From an uncultured Sediminispirochaeta sp. (GTDB taxonomy: Bacteria > Spirochaetota > Spirochaetia > DSM-16054 > Sediminispirochaetaceae): DNA of 64,000 bases. The stretch covers positions 22,745-86,744 of the forward strand of contig CAZRWN010000003.1 in assembly GCA_964603735.1 (NCBI GenBank), written 5' to 3'. This document shows positions 32,585 to 41,638 of the stretch, one piece after another. A program made the position numbers and the translations under genes. The notes beneath the pieces are model-generated. The model had not been told where the DNA came from, did no database searches, and was given only the letters and a program-made list of their open reading frames with translations. The first letter of the stretch is position 1; every line of letters starts with the position of its first letter.

Positions 32585-34192
32585 TTAATTTCCTTTGCGA
32601 ATAAAGGCGTCCCGGTATCCCCTCGAGGTAAAAGTAAACAGGAGAGTTCCGCTCTCGTCTTCATTGAGCGGACCGATCATCAGTTTATAAGGTGCGGCGA
32701 CATTGCCCTCTTCCTCAAAAAGAGTCACCGGATACTGATCCGCCAGCTCTTGGCCGCGGCTGCGGGCCAGATCGAGTTTGGAGTAGGCAGCCACCTGCAA
32801 GTAGTAACTGCCGGTGTCAATACTGCGCTGTACCGGAATCCTGCCGTCGGACGGCCGCCGGGTAGTCCGTTCTACGGTCGTCTCAGCCGGTTTCTCCGCT
32901 GGTTTTTCGGCCGGCTTCTCGTCAGGTGCCGGGCGGTCTTCGGGTACTGTTGCCGGTCCTTCAGGGGGTCGCTCCTCAGCCGGAATCAGAACCAGTTCAG
33001 CATCGTCCGGAATTTCCTCCTCGGTTGCCGGCTCGGAGGGCTCCTCGACAGGTTCCTCTGCGATTTTCTCCTCGGCTTCCTTTTCTACCGGCAGCACAGG
33101 CACATGGCTTAGTTTATCGGTTGCTTTTTTTTCAGCAGCCGGTTCCTCGGCTGCTGCGATATCTGCAGCGGGTTCCTCGGCTTTCGGCGGTTCGGGTGAA
33201 TGGCTGACCCTAATGTCGAGGTCTTCCTCACCATCTCCATCCGGATCGGCACTTGCCAAAGAGGGTGTGGGGCCTTCACGTTGATCATCTTGCTCGGGCA
33301 GCTGCGGCGCCGCGGGAGAGTAACGCCGGTCTTTCTGCTGCATGAACAGGGGTTCGAGTTGGGCCACCTCGGGTCCGCTCGGTTTGACGACTTCATCAGC
33401 CGCGACTGTAGCATCCGCCTTCTCCGCAGCAGGAACCTCATCTTCAGATGGGGCGGCTTCTGCTGTGCGTTCGGGCTCGAGGCTGGGCTCGGGCAGTTCA
33501 ACAGTAATCTCGGAACGTGGCTGACTCGTGTCCGGCAGAATATCCGCCTCGGGCGTCACGGCCTCGGTGTCTGGCTCGGTGTCGGCCTCGGTGTCTGGCT
33601 CGGTGTCGGGCTCTCGCGGCGGCTGCTCTTCCGGCGGAGATTTCTCAGCGACCGTAGCTTCGCCCTCCGGCTCAACCGGGGGTTCACTCGGAGCTTCTTC
33701 CGGTACCTCCCCGACTTCCTTCCGCTCCCGGTCAGCCAGGTACTGTTCAACTACCGACAGACCGTCTTCATCTACTGCCGCCGAAGGGTTCAGATCGGGG
33801 TCGGCGGTATAAGGTGCGTCCTGAGAGATCATCGGTTCGATCATATCCGTATCGTCTTGCAGCGGGCTGACCTTGGCGGTGAGAATTTCTTCTTCGGAAA
33901 TTCCGAGTTCCTGAGCAGCCTCACGCGAAACCTGCATGAAGATTCTGTCCGTATTTACTCGCTCTACAATTCGGACTTCTACAGTTGTTCCGTTGGAGGG
34001 ATGTGTAATCTCGACCTTGCTATCGAGGGGGAATGCGTTCGAGGCAGCATACATTCCACTATGGGGCAAAAGGCCGTACGGAGCGGTGGAAACCTTCCCT
34101 TCCCAATAAGAGTCCTGTGCCCAGACCATTCCGGAACAGATGGCGATGAATAGTAGTAGTGCCGCGGCACGTAGAATTCGTTTCTTCGTCAT
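32585..34192 (-). CDS. rlpA: RlpA-like double-psi beta-barrel protein with a long acidic Pro/Glu-rich linker and a C-terminal SPOR domain
   Basis: The N-terminus GLLPHSGMYAASNAFPLDSKVEITHPSNGTTVEVRIVERV is DPBB-type. The C-terminus YYLQVAAYSKLDLARSRGQELADQ..YKLMIGPLNEDES is SPOR-type. I chose ATG 34192 (MTKKRILRAAALLLF signal peptide). Confidence 0.75.
   Translation of the reverse strand: MTKKRILRAAALLLFIAICSGMVWAQDSYWEGKVSTAPYGLLPHSGMYAASNAFPLDSKVEITHPSNGTTVEVRIVERVNTDRIFMQVSREAAQELGISEEEILTAKVSPLQDDTDMIEPMISQDAPYTADPDLNPSAAVDEDGLSVVEQYLADRERKEVGEVPEEAPSEPPVEPEGEATVAEKSPPEEQPPREPDTEPDTEADTEPDTEAVTPEADILPDTSQPRSEITVELPEPSLEPERTAEAAPSEDEVPAAEKADATVAADEVVKPSGPEVAQLEPLFMQQKDRRYSPAAPQLPEQDDQREGPTPSLASADPDGDGEEDLDIRVSHSPEPPKAEEPAADIAAAEEPAAEKKATDKLSHVPVLPVEKEAEEKIAEEPVEEPSEPATEEEIPDDAELVLIPAEERPPEGPATVPEDRPAPDEKPAEKPAEKPAETTVERTTRRPSDGRIPVQRSIDTGSYYLQVAAYSKLDLARSRGQELADQYPVTLFEEEGNVAAPYKLMIGPLNEDESGTLLFTFTSRGYRDAFIRKGN
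33560..33607 (-). repeat. Perfect 24-bp tandem duplication inside the rlpA linker (encodes TEPDTEAD x2)
   Basis: GGCCTCGGTGTCTGGCTCGGTGTC occurs at 33560-33583 and again at 33584-33607. Confidence 0.85.
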
Positions 34193-34280
34193 ATTACACT
34201 CCCATATCTCATTCTCGGGGATTGTGTACGACATATTGAGAACTTTCTGCCGTTACAAACCGCCGAACAACTGCAGCAGA

Positions 34281-34790
34281 TTACATTTCCTGCAGGGCCT
34301 GAGAGCCCACTTGCCTTCCCATCCGCCGTATCAGCTCCTTATCTTCCAACTCTTCCCGGTCACCGGCTTCAGATAGCAGAACCACTCCGTCGGCCAGCTT
34401 TTTTTCTGAATTGAGTTCAAAGAAACTGTACAATGCTTTTTGCGGGAGGATTTCTTCCTCATCCTCGGTAAATTTTAACTGAACCTGCAGGATATAACCG
34501 GCTCCTCCTGATTTGGCTTCTCGAAACGACGGTGTGTCGCCAAAAGTCTCTTTTGCCGCATCCTCTGATTCCTGATCATCATATTCCAGGAATCCGCCGT
34601 TAAAAATAATGTGTCCGGCACTAAAAAATACTTCCATAATCCCGTCTTCGACGTATATTACGGAGTCCTGCTTGTTTCCGCTCCCCGTAGGCACTTCCGA
34701 GAACAGCATTACCGTGTCTGCAGGTAAAGCTGCCAGCGATAGACAGAAGAAAAGCATGAAGAATACCGATTGTGTTTTAAGCTTGTACAT
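34281..34790 (-). CDS. Hypothetical secreted protein
   Basis: 169 aa with a signal peptide (VFFMLFFCLSLAALPA). I recognise no motif. Confidence 0.5.
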   Translation of the reverse strand: MYKLKTQSVFFMLFFCLSLAALPADTVMLFSEVPTGSGNKQDSVIYVEDGIMEVFFSAGHIIFNGGFLEYDDQESEDAAKETFGDTPSFREAKSGGAGYILQVQLKFTEDEEEILPQKALYSFFELNSEKKLADGVVLLSEAGDREELEDKELIRRMGRQVGSQALQEM

Positions 34791-34989
34791 ATTTAATAAT
34801 ATCGGAAGAAAAGGCAGGTTTGTAAACCGCCGATACCGCTGTTATGCAAATGCGAATGGCTCTGACCGGATTGAACCGTCGAAGTGGTTGCAGTGCAGCA
34901 ATTTCCATGGTATTTTTCTATTCAGAATTGTGAAGAAAGAAGTGCAGCCGGCCGGCAATAGCAACATTGAATCAGCGGGTACTCACCGT

Positions 34990-35547
34990 ATGAAGTATTA
35001 TGTGATACAGGTTTTAACCAGGGAAGAACCAAAGTTCCTTACATTGGCCCGGAATGCACTCCGGGTGGATTGCCCTGAATGGGCTGACAGCGGCCGTTTT
35101 TTGTGGCCGCGCCGTAAGCTCACCATACGCAGGCGAGGAAAAACTAAAGAGGAGCTTGCACCGATATTCCCCGGATACTTGTTTTATGAAGCCACCGACC
35201 TTCCACCAGAAGTCTACTGGACACTGAAGCGGACTTCGGGGTTTATTCGCTTTCTGAAGAATAATCAGAGCATCGAACCCCTGACCGGCGATGATAAAGG
35301 ATTACTGCTCCATTTTTTGAGCTACGGCGAAGTGGTGGACAAATCGACGGTTACCTTTGACAAAAATAACCGTATTGAGGTGCTCGACGGCCCGATGAAA
35401 GGCCTTGAGGGGCGGATTGTGAAAGTGGACAAACGAAAAAAGCGGGCAAAAGTACGGTTATCGCTGTATGAACAGTCATTCTTAATCGATTTTGGATTCG
35501 AATTCTTAGAGAAGAAGAGCGAAGATGATCCGGGAAAAACAGAGTAA
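34990..35547 (+). CDS. Specialised NusG paralogue (LoaP/UpxY/RfaH-like antiterminator): NGN plus KOW domains
   Basis: MKYYVIQVLTREEPKFL..APIFPGYLFYEA is the NGN domain. VLDGPMKGLEGRIVKVDKRKKRAKVRLSL is the KOW domain. It is the first gene of a polysaccharide-type operon. The track ORF start at 34609 is an upstream extension. Confidence 0.75.
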   Translation: MKYYVIQVLTREEPKFLTLARNALRVDCPEWADSGRFLWPRRKLTIRRRGKTKEELAPIFPGYLFYEATDLPPEVYWTLKRTSGFIRFLKNNQSIEPLTGDDKGLLLHFLSYGEVVDKSTVTFDKNNRIEVLDGPMKGLEGRIVKVDKRKKRAKVRLSLYEQSFLIDFGFEFLEKKSEDDPGKTE

Positions 35548-37003
35548 TATTTACATCATTGGAGCCGGCTTTGCCGGCCACGAGATCGCCGAAGAGATAA
35601 AGTCAAAAGGCATCCTCGGGAATGTGGTTGCCTTTATAGACGACGATCCCGATAAAATCGGAAGTGAGATTAATGGCATTCCGGTGTACGGGCCCATCTC
35701 CGCACTACAGTCGGTGATGCAGCATACACCGGCTGATGAGGCACTTATTGCTATTCCGGCGGCAAGCAGCGAGCAGCTCAGGCGGATATATACCATTCTC
35801 CAGAACACAAAACTCACTCGTATCCGTATTCTGCCGAAGCTCTCACAAATTATAGACGGCGATGCTCACCTCATTCAAACTCGTGAAATCACGGCGCAGG
35901 ACCTGTTGGGCCGCAATCAGATTTCCATCTGTCTGAAAGAGAGCCTCGACTACCTTCGTGGACAGCGGGTCCTCATTACCGGGGCCGGAGGCAGTATCGG
36001 CAGTGAATTAGCACGTCAGCTGCTGTCGGGAGGTGCCGAACGCTTGTATCTGTTCGATCACGGCGAGAACAGCGTCTATGAAATAGAGAAGGAATTAAGG
36101 ATTTTGCAGGAAGAGGGGGTCGGTGAAAAAGCGACAATTGTTCCTATCATAGGAGAGATGCAGGATCCGAGTTACATGAACTTCATCATCCGGCGGCTGA
36201 AGGCGGATGTCATATTTCACTGTGCCGCTTACAAGCACGTACCGCTGCTCGAAGAAAATCCGATCGAAGCCATTAAGAACAATGTTTTCGGTACGAAAAA
36301 TGTGGTTGAAGCTGCCCGCGCGAACAATGTGCCCAGGTTTGTGCTGATATCCACCGACAAAGCTGTCAACCCGACCGGCGTGTACGGCGCTTCGAAGAGC
36401 CTGGCCGAGGAGATCGTTCTGGGCAGCAACGGCGGGCCCGGCGATTATATAGTCGTGCGCTTCGGGAATGTCCTCGGCTCCCGGGGCAGTATCGTCCCCC
36501 TGTTTACCAAGCAAATCCTGAAGGGCGGGCCGGTTACAATTACCCATCCCGAGGCTACCCGCTTTTTCATGACTATACCGGAGGCCTCCTCGCTGGTTCT
36601 AAAGGCCGGCGGAGTCGGGAAAGGCGGCAATGTCTATATTCTGGACATGGGAGAACCCCTGCTTATTCGCGATTTGGCCGAGCAGATGATCCGGTTCTAC
36701 GGCTTTTCTCCCGAAAGTGAGATACCTATCCGCTACATAGGCCTGCGGCCCGGAGAAAAAGTGCACGAACGCCTGTGGGCCGAAGGTGAAAAGCTGATAA
36801 GAACGGAACACAGCGGGATTAATAAACTCGACCGGATTCCGCGTTTCTCCGTGAGTCTGGACGAGGTTCTCGATGAGCTGCGTCCGATCTGTTTTTTCGA
36901 TTCGAACTCCCCCGAAAGCTACCGGAACAGAATTCTGTTGCGCGAAACACTGCAGAACTACCTGCCGACAATAAGAAAGGCTGAGAATGAGCCGCTCTAC
37001 TGA
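35525..37003 (+). CDS. CapD/PglF/WbpM-like nucleotide-sugar 4,6-dehydratase (soluble form)
   Basis: It has an N-terminal Rossmann-like module (IYIIGAGFAGHEI) and an SDR core (VLITGAGGSIGSEL, AAYKHVP, ISTDKAVNPTGVYGASK). Confidence 0.85.
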   Translation: MIREKQSNIYIIGAGFAGHEIAEEIKSKGILGNVVAFIDDDPDKIGSEINGIPVYGPISALQSVMQHTPADEALIAIPAASSEQLRRIYTILQNTKLTRIRILPKLSQIIDGDAHLIQTREITAQDLLGRNQISICLKESLDYLRGQRVLITGAGGSIGSELARQLLSGGAERLYLFDHGENSVYEIEKELRILQEEGVGEKATIVPIIGEMQDPSYMNFIIRRLKADVIFHCAAYKHVPLLEENPIEAIKNNVFGTKNVVEAARANNVPRFVLISTDKAVNPTGVYGASKSLAEEIVLGSNGGPGDYIVVRFGNVLGSRGSIVPLFTKQILKGGPVTITHPEATRFFMTIPEASSLVLKAGGVGKGGNVYILDMGEPLLIRDLAEQMIRFYGFSPESEIPIRYIGLRPGEKVHERLWAEGEKLIRTEHSGINKLDRIPRFSVSLDEVLDELRPICFFDSNSPESYRNRILLRETLQNYLPTIRKAENEPLY

Positions 37004-38228
37004 TTCAAAAAACCGTGCAAATTTTATACCCTTCGCCCGCCCTTCTATCGGCCGGGATGAGGAAAACGCGGTGTTGGAGGTGCTGCGCAGCGGCTGGCTG
37101 ACAACTGCCGGCCAGACGCAGGCATTTGAACGCGAGTTTGCCGAACTAACCGGAGCAGTCCATGCCCTGGCGGTCAATTCGGCTACCGCCGGCCTGCACC
37201 TCGCCCTCGAGGCGCTGGGGATAGGTCCGGGTGACAAAGTCATCACCACCCCCTACACCTTTACCGCCACCGCCGAGGTAATCCGCTATCTGCAGGCCGA
37301 CCCGCTGTTTGTCGACATCGATGAGCGGACTCTCACGATGGACCCTGAAAAAACAGAAGCAGCTCTCGCCGCCGCGGCAGCCAGGGACACTTCTGCGGCA
37401 TCAACCGGGGGCTCGGCGATAAAAGCCCTGCTGCCGGTGCACATGGGCGGGCATCCCTGCGATATGAAAGCCTTGTCGGAAATTGCCCGCGAATACTCAC
37501 TTTCGGTAGTTGAAGACGCGGCCCATGCCCTGCCCGTACGCTACGGCGACTCCTTCTTAGGCTGTATAGGCGATGTGGGAGTCTATTCTTTCTACGCCAC
37601 CAAAACCATTACCACCGGCGAAGGGGGAATGGTGACCACCGCCGATCCCGAGATAGCCGCCCGCATCGGTGTAATGCGCCTGCACGGTATCGACCGGGAG
37701 GTGTGGAAGCGCTATACCGACAGTAAAGCTTCGTGGAAGTATGATGTAGTGGCGGCCGGATTCAAATATAACCTGCCCGATATGGCCGCTGCGGTTGGCA
37801 GAGTACAACTGCGGCGGGCCTACGAGTTTCTGGAACGGCGCCGGATAATTGCCGAACGCTATCTGGAGGCCTTCCGGGATTTGGACTTTCTCGAGCTGCC
37901 TTCGGCGCCGGATCAACACGCATGGCACTTGTTCATCTTGAGAATTAAGCCGGAAAAGCTTACCATTAATCGAGATGGGTTCATCAACCGGCTTCAAGCG
38001 GCGGGCATCGGAACCTCCGTGCATTATATTCCGCTGCACATTATGAGCTATTATGCCCGCAGCTACGGTTTTGCGCCTGAAGATTACCCGGTATCAATGC
38101 GGGTATACAGAACGGCTTTCAGCATTCCGATCTATCCCGATCTGACCGACAACGAGGTCAAACGGATAATCGAGGCGGTGAGGTCGGTCGGAACCCGCCA
38201 TTACCGAAGGAGCTGCAGTGCCAGATAG
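36987..38228 (+). CDS. DegT/DnrJ/EryC1/StrS-family PLP-dependent sugar aminotransferase
   Basis: IPFARPSIGRDEENAVLEVLRSGWLTTAGQ is the family N-terminus. FYATKTITTGEGGMV holds the PLP lysine region. Confidence 0.9.
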   Translation: MSRSTDSKNRANFIPFARPSIGRDEENAVLEVLRSGWLTTAGQTQAFEREFAELTGAVHALAVNSATAGLHLALEALGIGPGDKVITTPYTFTATAEVIRYLQADPLFVDIDERTLTMDPEKTEAALAAAAARDTSAASTGGSAIKALLPVHMGGHPCDMKALSEIAREYSLSVVEDAAHALPVRYGDSFLGCIGDVGVYSFYATKTITTGEGGMVTTADPEIAARIGVMRLHGIDREVWKRYTDSKASWKYDVVAAGFKYNLPDMAAAVGRVQLRRAYEFLERRRIIAERYLEAFRDLDFLELPSAPDQHAWHLFILRIKPEKLTINRDGFINRLQAAGIGTSVHYIPLHIMSYYARSYGFAPEDYPVSMRVYRTAFSIPIYPDLTDNEVKRIIEAVRSVGTRHYRRSCSAR

Positions 38229-40284
38229 CTACCGCTTTATTGACGAATACAGCAGCCGCGATATGCTGCATATTAGAATCGTCCGCGCTGATATCCCGCG
38301 CGGCAGTATATCCTCCACCGAGTCGACCAATCTTCCCGATGAAGTGCTGGTGTTCGATTCCGACGATATCCAGGGCAGCAATCGGGTCAGCGTGCTGGAA
38401 GAGGAGATGCCGCTGCTCAGTGACGGGAGTATTGCTTACGAAGGCGAACCGATTCTACTGATAGCTGCGGAGGAACAGGATCTGCTCGATGAAGCTGAAC
38501 GGCACATCAGGATTTCATATGAGACTGATTTTTCACTGCTGGCCTTCGAACCGGCTTCCAAAGAGCAGATCGTCGACTCGGTAAGCATCTCGCGGGGCAA
38601 TCCTTCTAAAGAGTTCGAAGAAACCACACAAATTGTGGAAGCCGAATACCGTACCGCCATCGAAAGTCATGTGAGCCGGGCGCCTATCGGCGCCTACACC
38701 GAGTATAAAGACGGCCGGTATTGCGTATACACTCCCAGCCACTGGCCATTCCATGTCCGCAGAACAGTGGCGGATGTACTGGGGATAGCAGAAACAGAAA
38801 TCAAGGTAATTCAAACGAATCCCAGCCCAGCCTATGGAGAGAAAGTGGTCTATCCGTCGATTCTATCGGCAATGTCGGCACTCGTCTGTCAGGCCACCGG
38901 CAAAGCCGCTCGGCTGCTCTTGGCACCCAAGGAAGCGGAGCAGTTCACCACCCGCAAAGCACCGGTGCACGTTAAAAGCACTTCCATTCTGAATGAGGCC
39001 GGCAGCATTATTGCCCACGACGTTCATATGCGCTTCGATGTCGGAGCCTATCCGCTGTTCACGAAAGAGCTTCTACGCCGGGCGGTCATCACCTCCGGCA
39101 GCTACTACCAGGTGCCGAACGTTTCTATAACCGCCGAAGCTATCCGAACCTCCGCTCCTCCGATGAACATCTATCGCGGCTTAGGAGTATCGCAGAGCCT
39201 GTTTGCCACCGAGGTGCATTTTTCTCGACTGGCAGAGTTTTCACAGCTCAACCCCGGAGATTGGAAAAAGAGCCAAACCAAGGACAAGCACATTGTTACC
39301 GGAGTGCACATACCCAATATGCCTCTGGAGAAACTGGTAGATACGGTAATCGATCAGTCGGATTTCTACCGTAAACACTCAGCGTATGAACAGATCCGCA
39401 AACGCCGCAATTCCGTCAAAGCCTCACGCAGGTTTTTGCGCGGCATTGGTATTGCCACCGGATTCGCCGGAAACGGTTTCACCGACAAGCCGGTAAGCGG
39501 GGGCAACTGGGGCATAAAGGCTACCCTGGATAAAAAGGACCAGCTGACTATTGAATGCGGAACTATGACGATACCCGAGGCCATAAAAACTATCTGGAAG
39601 CGCCGGGCCGGCGAAACCTTGGGGATCTCACCGGATTCAGTGGAAATCGCTGCCGGAAACACCGATTCACTGCCCGATTCGGGGCCGATGATGCTGGGCA
39701 TGCCGGTGACTGTATATACCAGTCTGGTGGACCGCTGCTGTAACTACATCCGCAAACAGAGGTTCAACAAACCCCTGCCCATCGAGGTGCGCCGCAACAT
39801 TATCGCAGCCAGAAAATCGACCTGGGACGCCTCGAGCTGTACGGGACTGCCGTTCCACAACTTTTCATGGGGTGCTGTCGTGACCGAGGTGCAGCTCGAC
39901 CCATTGACTCTGGTGCCGGAGGTACGCGGGGTGTGGGCAGCTTTCGACTGCGGACTGGTGTACGACACCCAGTATGCAGTCTCAATTGCAGAGGGCGGAA
40001 TCTACGAAGCCCTGGCCTGGGCAACGGGTGAACAAAAAGTTACTCCGCGCTCCTATCAGGACTATGTGATCGAGGGACATGAAACTCCGAATTTGCGGCT
40101 GCCGCCGGTTTCGGTGGTCTTTGCAAACCGGGCCAAGGGACTTCCGGGAGGTATTAACGAAATTGCCGAATCACTGGTACCCGCCGCCTTTGTCACCGCT
40201 CTGAGCCAGGCAACAGGGGTCTACTTCGACCGCATCCCCCTCACCTCGGAGACTATTCAGAGTTATCTGGAGGAACCTTCATGA
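38218..40284 (+). CDS. Xanthine dehydrogenase / aldehyde oxidase-family large (molybdopterin-type) subunit, divergent
   Basis: 688 aa. It has an a/b-hammerhead-like N-terminus (MLHIRIVRADIPRGSI..YEGEPILLIAAE), plus YRGLGVSQSLFATE, FDCGLVYD..AEGG and PAAFVTALSQATG segments. SPAYGEK sits where I expect GGGFGGK. GTG 38218 follows SD AAGGAG. Confidence 0.72.
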   Translation: MPDSYRFIDEYSSRDMLHIRIVRADIPRGSISSTESTNLPDEVLVFDSDDIQGSNRVSVLEEEMPLLSDGSIAYEGEPILLIAAEEQDLLDEAERHIRISYETDFSLLAFEPASKEQIVDSVSISRGNPSKEFEETTQIVEAEYRTAIESHVSRAPIGAYTEYKDGRYCVYTPSHWPFHVRRTVADVLGIAETEIKVIQTNPSPAYGEKVVYPSILSAMSALVCQATGKAARLLLAPKEAEQFTTRKAPVHVKSTSILNEAGSIIAHDVHMRFDVGAYPLFTKELLRRAVITSGSYYQVPNVSITAEAIRTSAPPMNIYRGLGVSQSLFATEVHFSRLAEFSQLNPGDWKKSQTKDKHIVTGVHIPNMPLEKLVDTVIDQSDFYRKHSAYEQIRKRRNSVKASRRFLRGIGIATGFAGNGFTDKPVSGGNWGIKATLDKKDQLTIECGTMTIPEAIKTIWKRRAGETLGISPDSVEIAAGNTDSLPDSGPMMLGMPVTVYTSLVDRCCNYIRKQRFNKPLPIEVRRNIIAARKSTWDASSCTGLPFHNFSWGAVVTEVQLDPLTLVPEVRGVWAAFDCGLVYDTQYAVSIAEGGIYEALAWATGEQKVTPRSYQDYVIEGHETPNLRLPPVSVVFANRAKGLPGGINEIAESLVPAAFVTALSQATGVYFDRIPLTSETIQSYLEEPS

Positions 40285-40757
40285 GAATAAGATTCACATT
40301 GAACGGCAATGCTATCGAAACTGAAGCGCACACCTCCACCCGGTTGGTCGATCTCCTGCACCGGGATCTACAGTTGCAGAGTCTGCACCCGGCCTGTTAC
40401 AACGGACAGTGCGGCAACTGTGCGGTTCTGTTCAACGGCGAATTAGTCTATTCATGTCTGCTGCCGGCTTTTGCCGCACAGGGCAGTTCGATTTATACCT
40501 ATGAGGGAATAGTCAAAACCCTGGAATACAACGACATCATCTCGGGCTTTCATGACGAGCAGGCTTACCCCTGCACCTACTGCCTGCCGGCAAAAGTCGT
40601 TATTACCCAGTCCATCCTGGAAAGTACGGTTGCTCCGAACACCCAGGAGGTGTTGGAAGCCTTTTCCGGTACCTACTGCCCATGCACCAATTTTAACAAC
40701 CTGGCCCGGGGGGTTATCCGGGCCGGCGAGTACAGACGGAGACGGCTGCATGAATGA
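40281..40757 (+). CDS. (2Fe-2S)-binding small subunit of the XDH-family complex
   Basis: Both canonical cysteine sets are present: C-x4-C-x2-C-x11-C (CYNGQCGNCAV..SC) and C-x2-C-x31-C-x-C (CTYC..CPC). Confidence 0.85.
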   Translation: MRIRFTLNGNAIETEAHTSTRLVDLLHRDLQLQSLHPACYNGQCGNCAVLFNGELVYSCLLPAFAAQGSSIYTYEGIVKTLEYNDIISGFHDEQAYPCTYCLPAKVVITQSILESTVAPNTQEVLEAFSGTYCPCTNFNNLARGVIRAGEYRRRRLHE

Positions 40758-41619
40758 GAGCAAAATCTATCAACCAACCTCCGTCGGTGAACTCCTGCGC
40801 ACCTACCAGGAGTATCCGCAGGCTCTTTTAATTGCCGGCGGGTCCGCCCTGGCCCGCGAACAGAAAAGCGACGGCCCGCTTGATTTGCCGGAAATTGTGC
40901 TGCACATCAATCGTATTCCGGAGCTGCAGCGCATCAGCCGAACCGAACGTTATTTTGAAATCGGCGCATGTGTTCCGATCAGCCGCATTCTGAAGGTCGG
41001 TCAACATGTCCTGCCGAAAACCTTTACCCTTGCCCTCCACAACATTGCCCACCCGGCCGTCCGCAACATGGGTACGCTGGGAGGGAATCTCGGCCATCGC
41101 CCCCGCCGCTTAAACACCTTCGGTCCGCTAACCATTCTGGATGCGCGGGTAGAACTGCGCAAACTCGGAAACAGCCGCTGGGTACAGATACCCCGGTTGT
41201 TCAATAAATCCGGAGAACCGGCCCTGGAGAGCGGCGAGCTGATTAGCCGCATTCGTATTCCCTTTGTCGACTGGAATCTACAGTTCTATCAGCGCATCGG
41301 CGATCCTTTCACCAAGCCGAAATCATCCCTCACCTTCAGTGCGCTCAGCGATGTTAAAAAGGGCGAAGTCACCGATTTTCGGGCAGCCTTCACTTTCCTC
41401 GGCCGCTCGGTGCTGCGAGACCGCGAACTCGAAACCCTGATTACCGGTAAAAAGGTTCCGCTGAGTGAACGTATCCGCTCCGAAGCGCGCAGCCTGTTTC
41501 GCAGTTCTCTGATGGGTCTGCCCGGCGATGTGACCTTGTTTCAGAAACAGCGGGCCCTCAGACTGCTGCAGTGGTATTTAAGTGCACTCCACGAGCCCAC
41601 CTCGGAGCTATTTTACTAA
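40750..41619 (+). CDS. FAD-binding (CoxM/XdhB-like) medium subunit of the XDH-family complex
   Basis: LLIAGGSALAREQ and VRNMGTLGGNLG are FAD_binding_5-type motifs. ATG 40750 overlaps the previous gene by 8 nt. The track start at 40552 lies inside the Fe-S gene. Confidence 0.8.
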   Translation: MNESKIYQPTSVGELLRTYQEYPQALLIAGGSALAREQKSDGPLDLPEIVLHINRIPELQRISRTERYFEIGACVPISRILKVGQHVLPKTFTLALHNIAHPAVRNMGTLGGNLGHRPRRLNTFGPLTILDARVELRKLGNSRWVQIPRLFNKSGEPALESGELISRIRIPFVDWNLQFYQRIGDPFTKPKSSLTFSALSDVKKGEVTDFRAAFTFLGRSVLRDRELETLITGKKVPLSERIRSEARSLFRSSLMGLPGDVTLFQKQRALRLLQWYLSALHEPTSELFY

Positions 41620-41638
41620 GCAATATCTTTTGAATATC

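Noticed and set aside
33540-33620. Regularly spaced short repeats that might be mistaken for a CRISPR array or minisatellite.
   Set aside because: There are only two 24-bp units. They are contiguous with no spacers, lie in frame within the rlpA linker, and encode TEPDTEAD x2.
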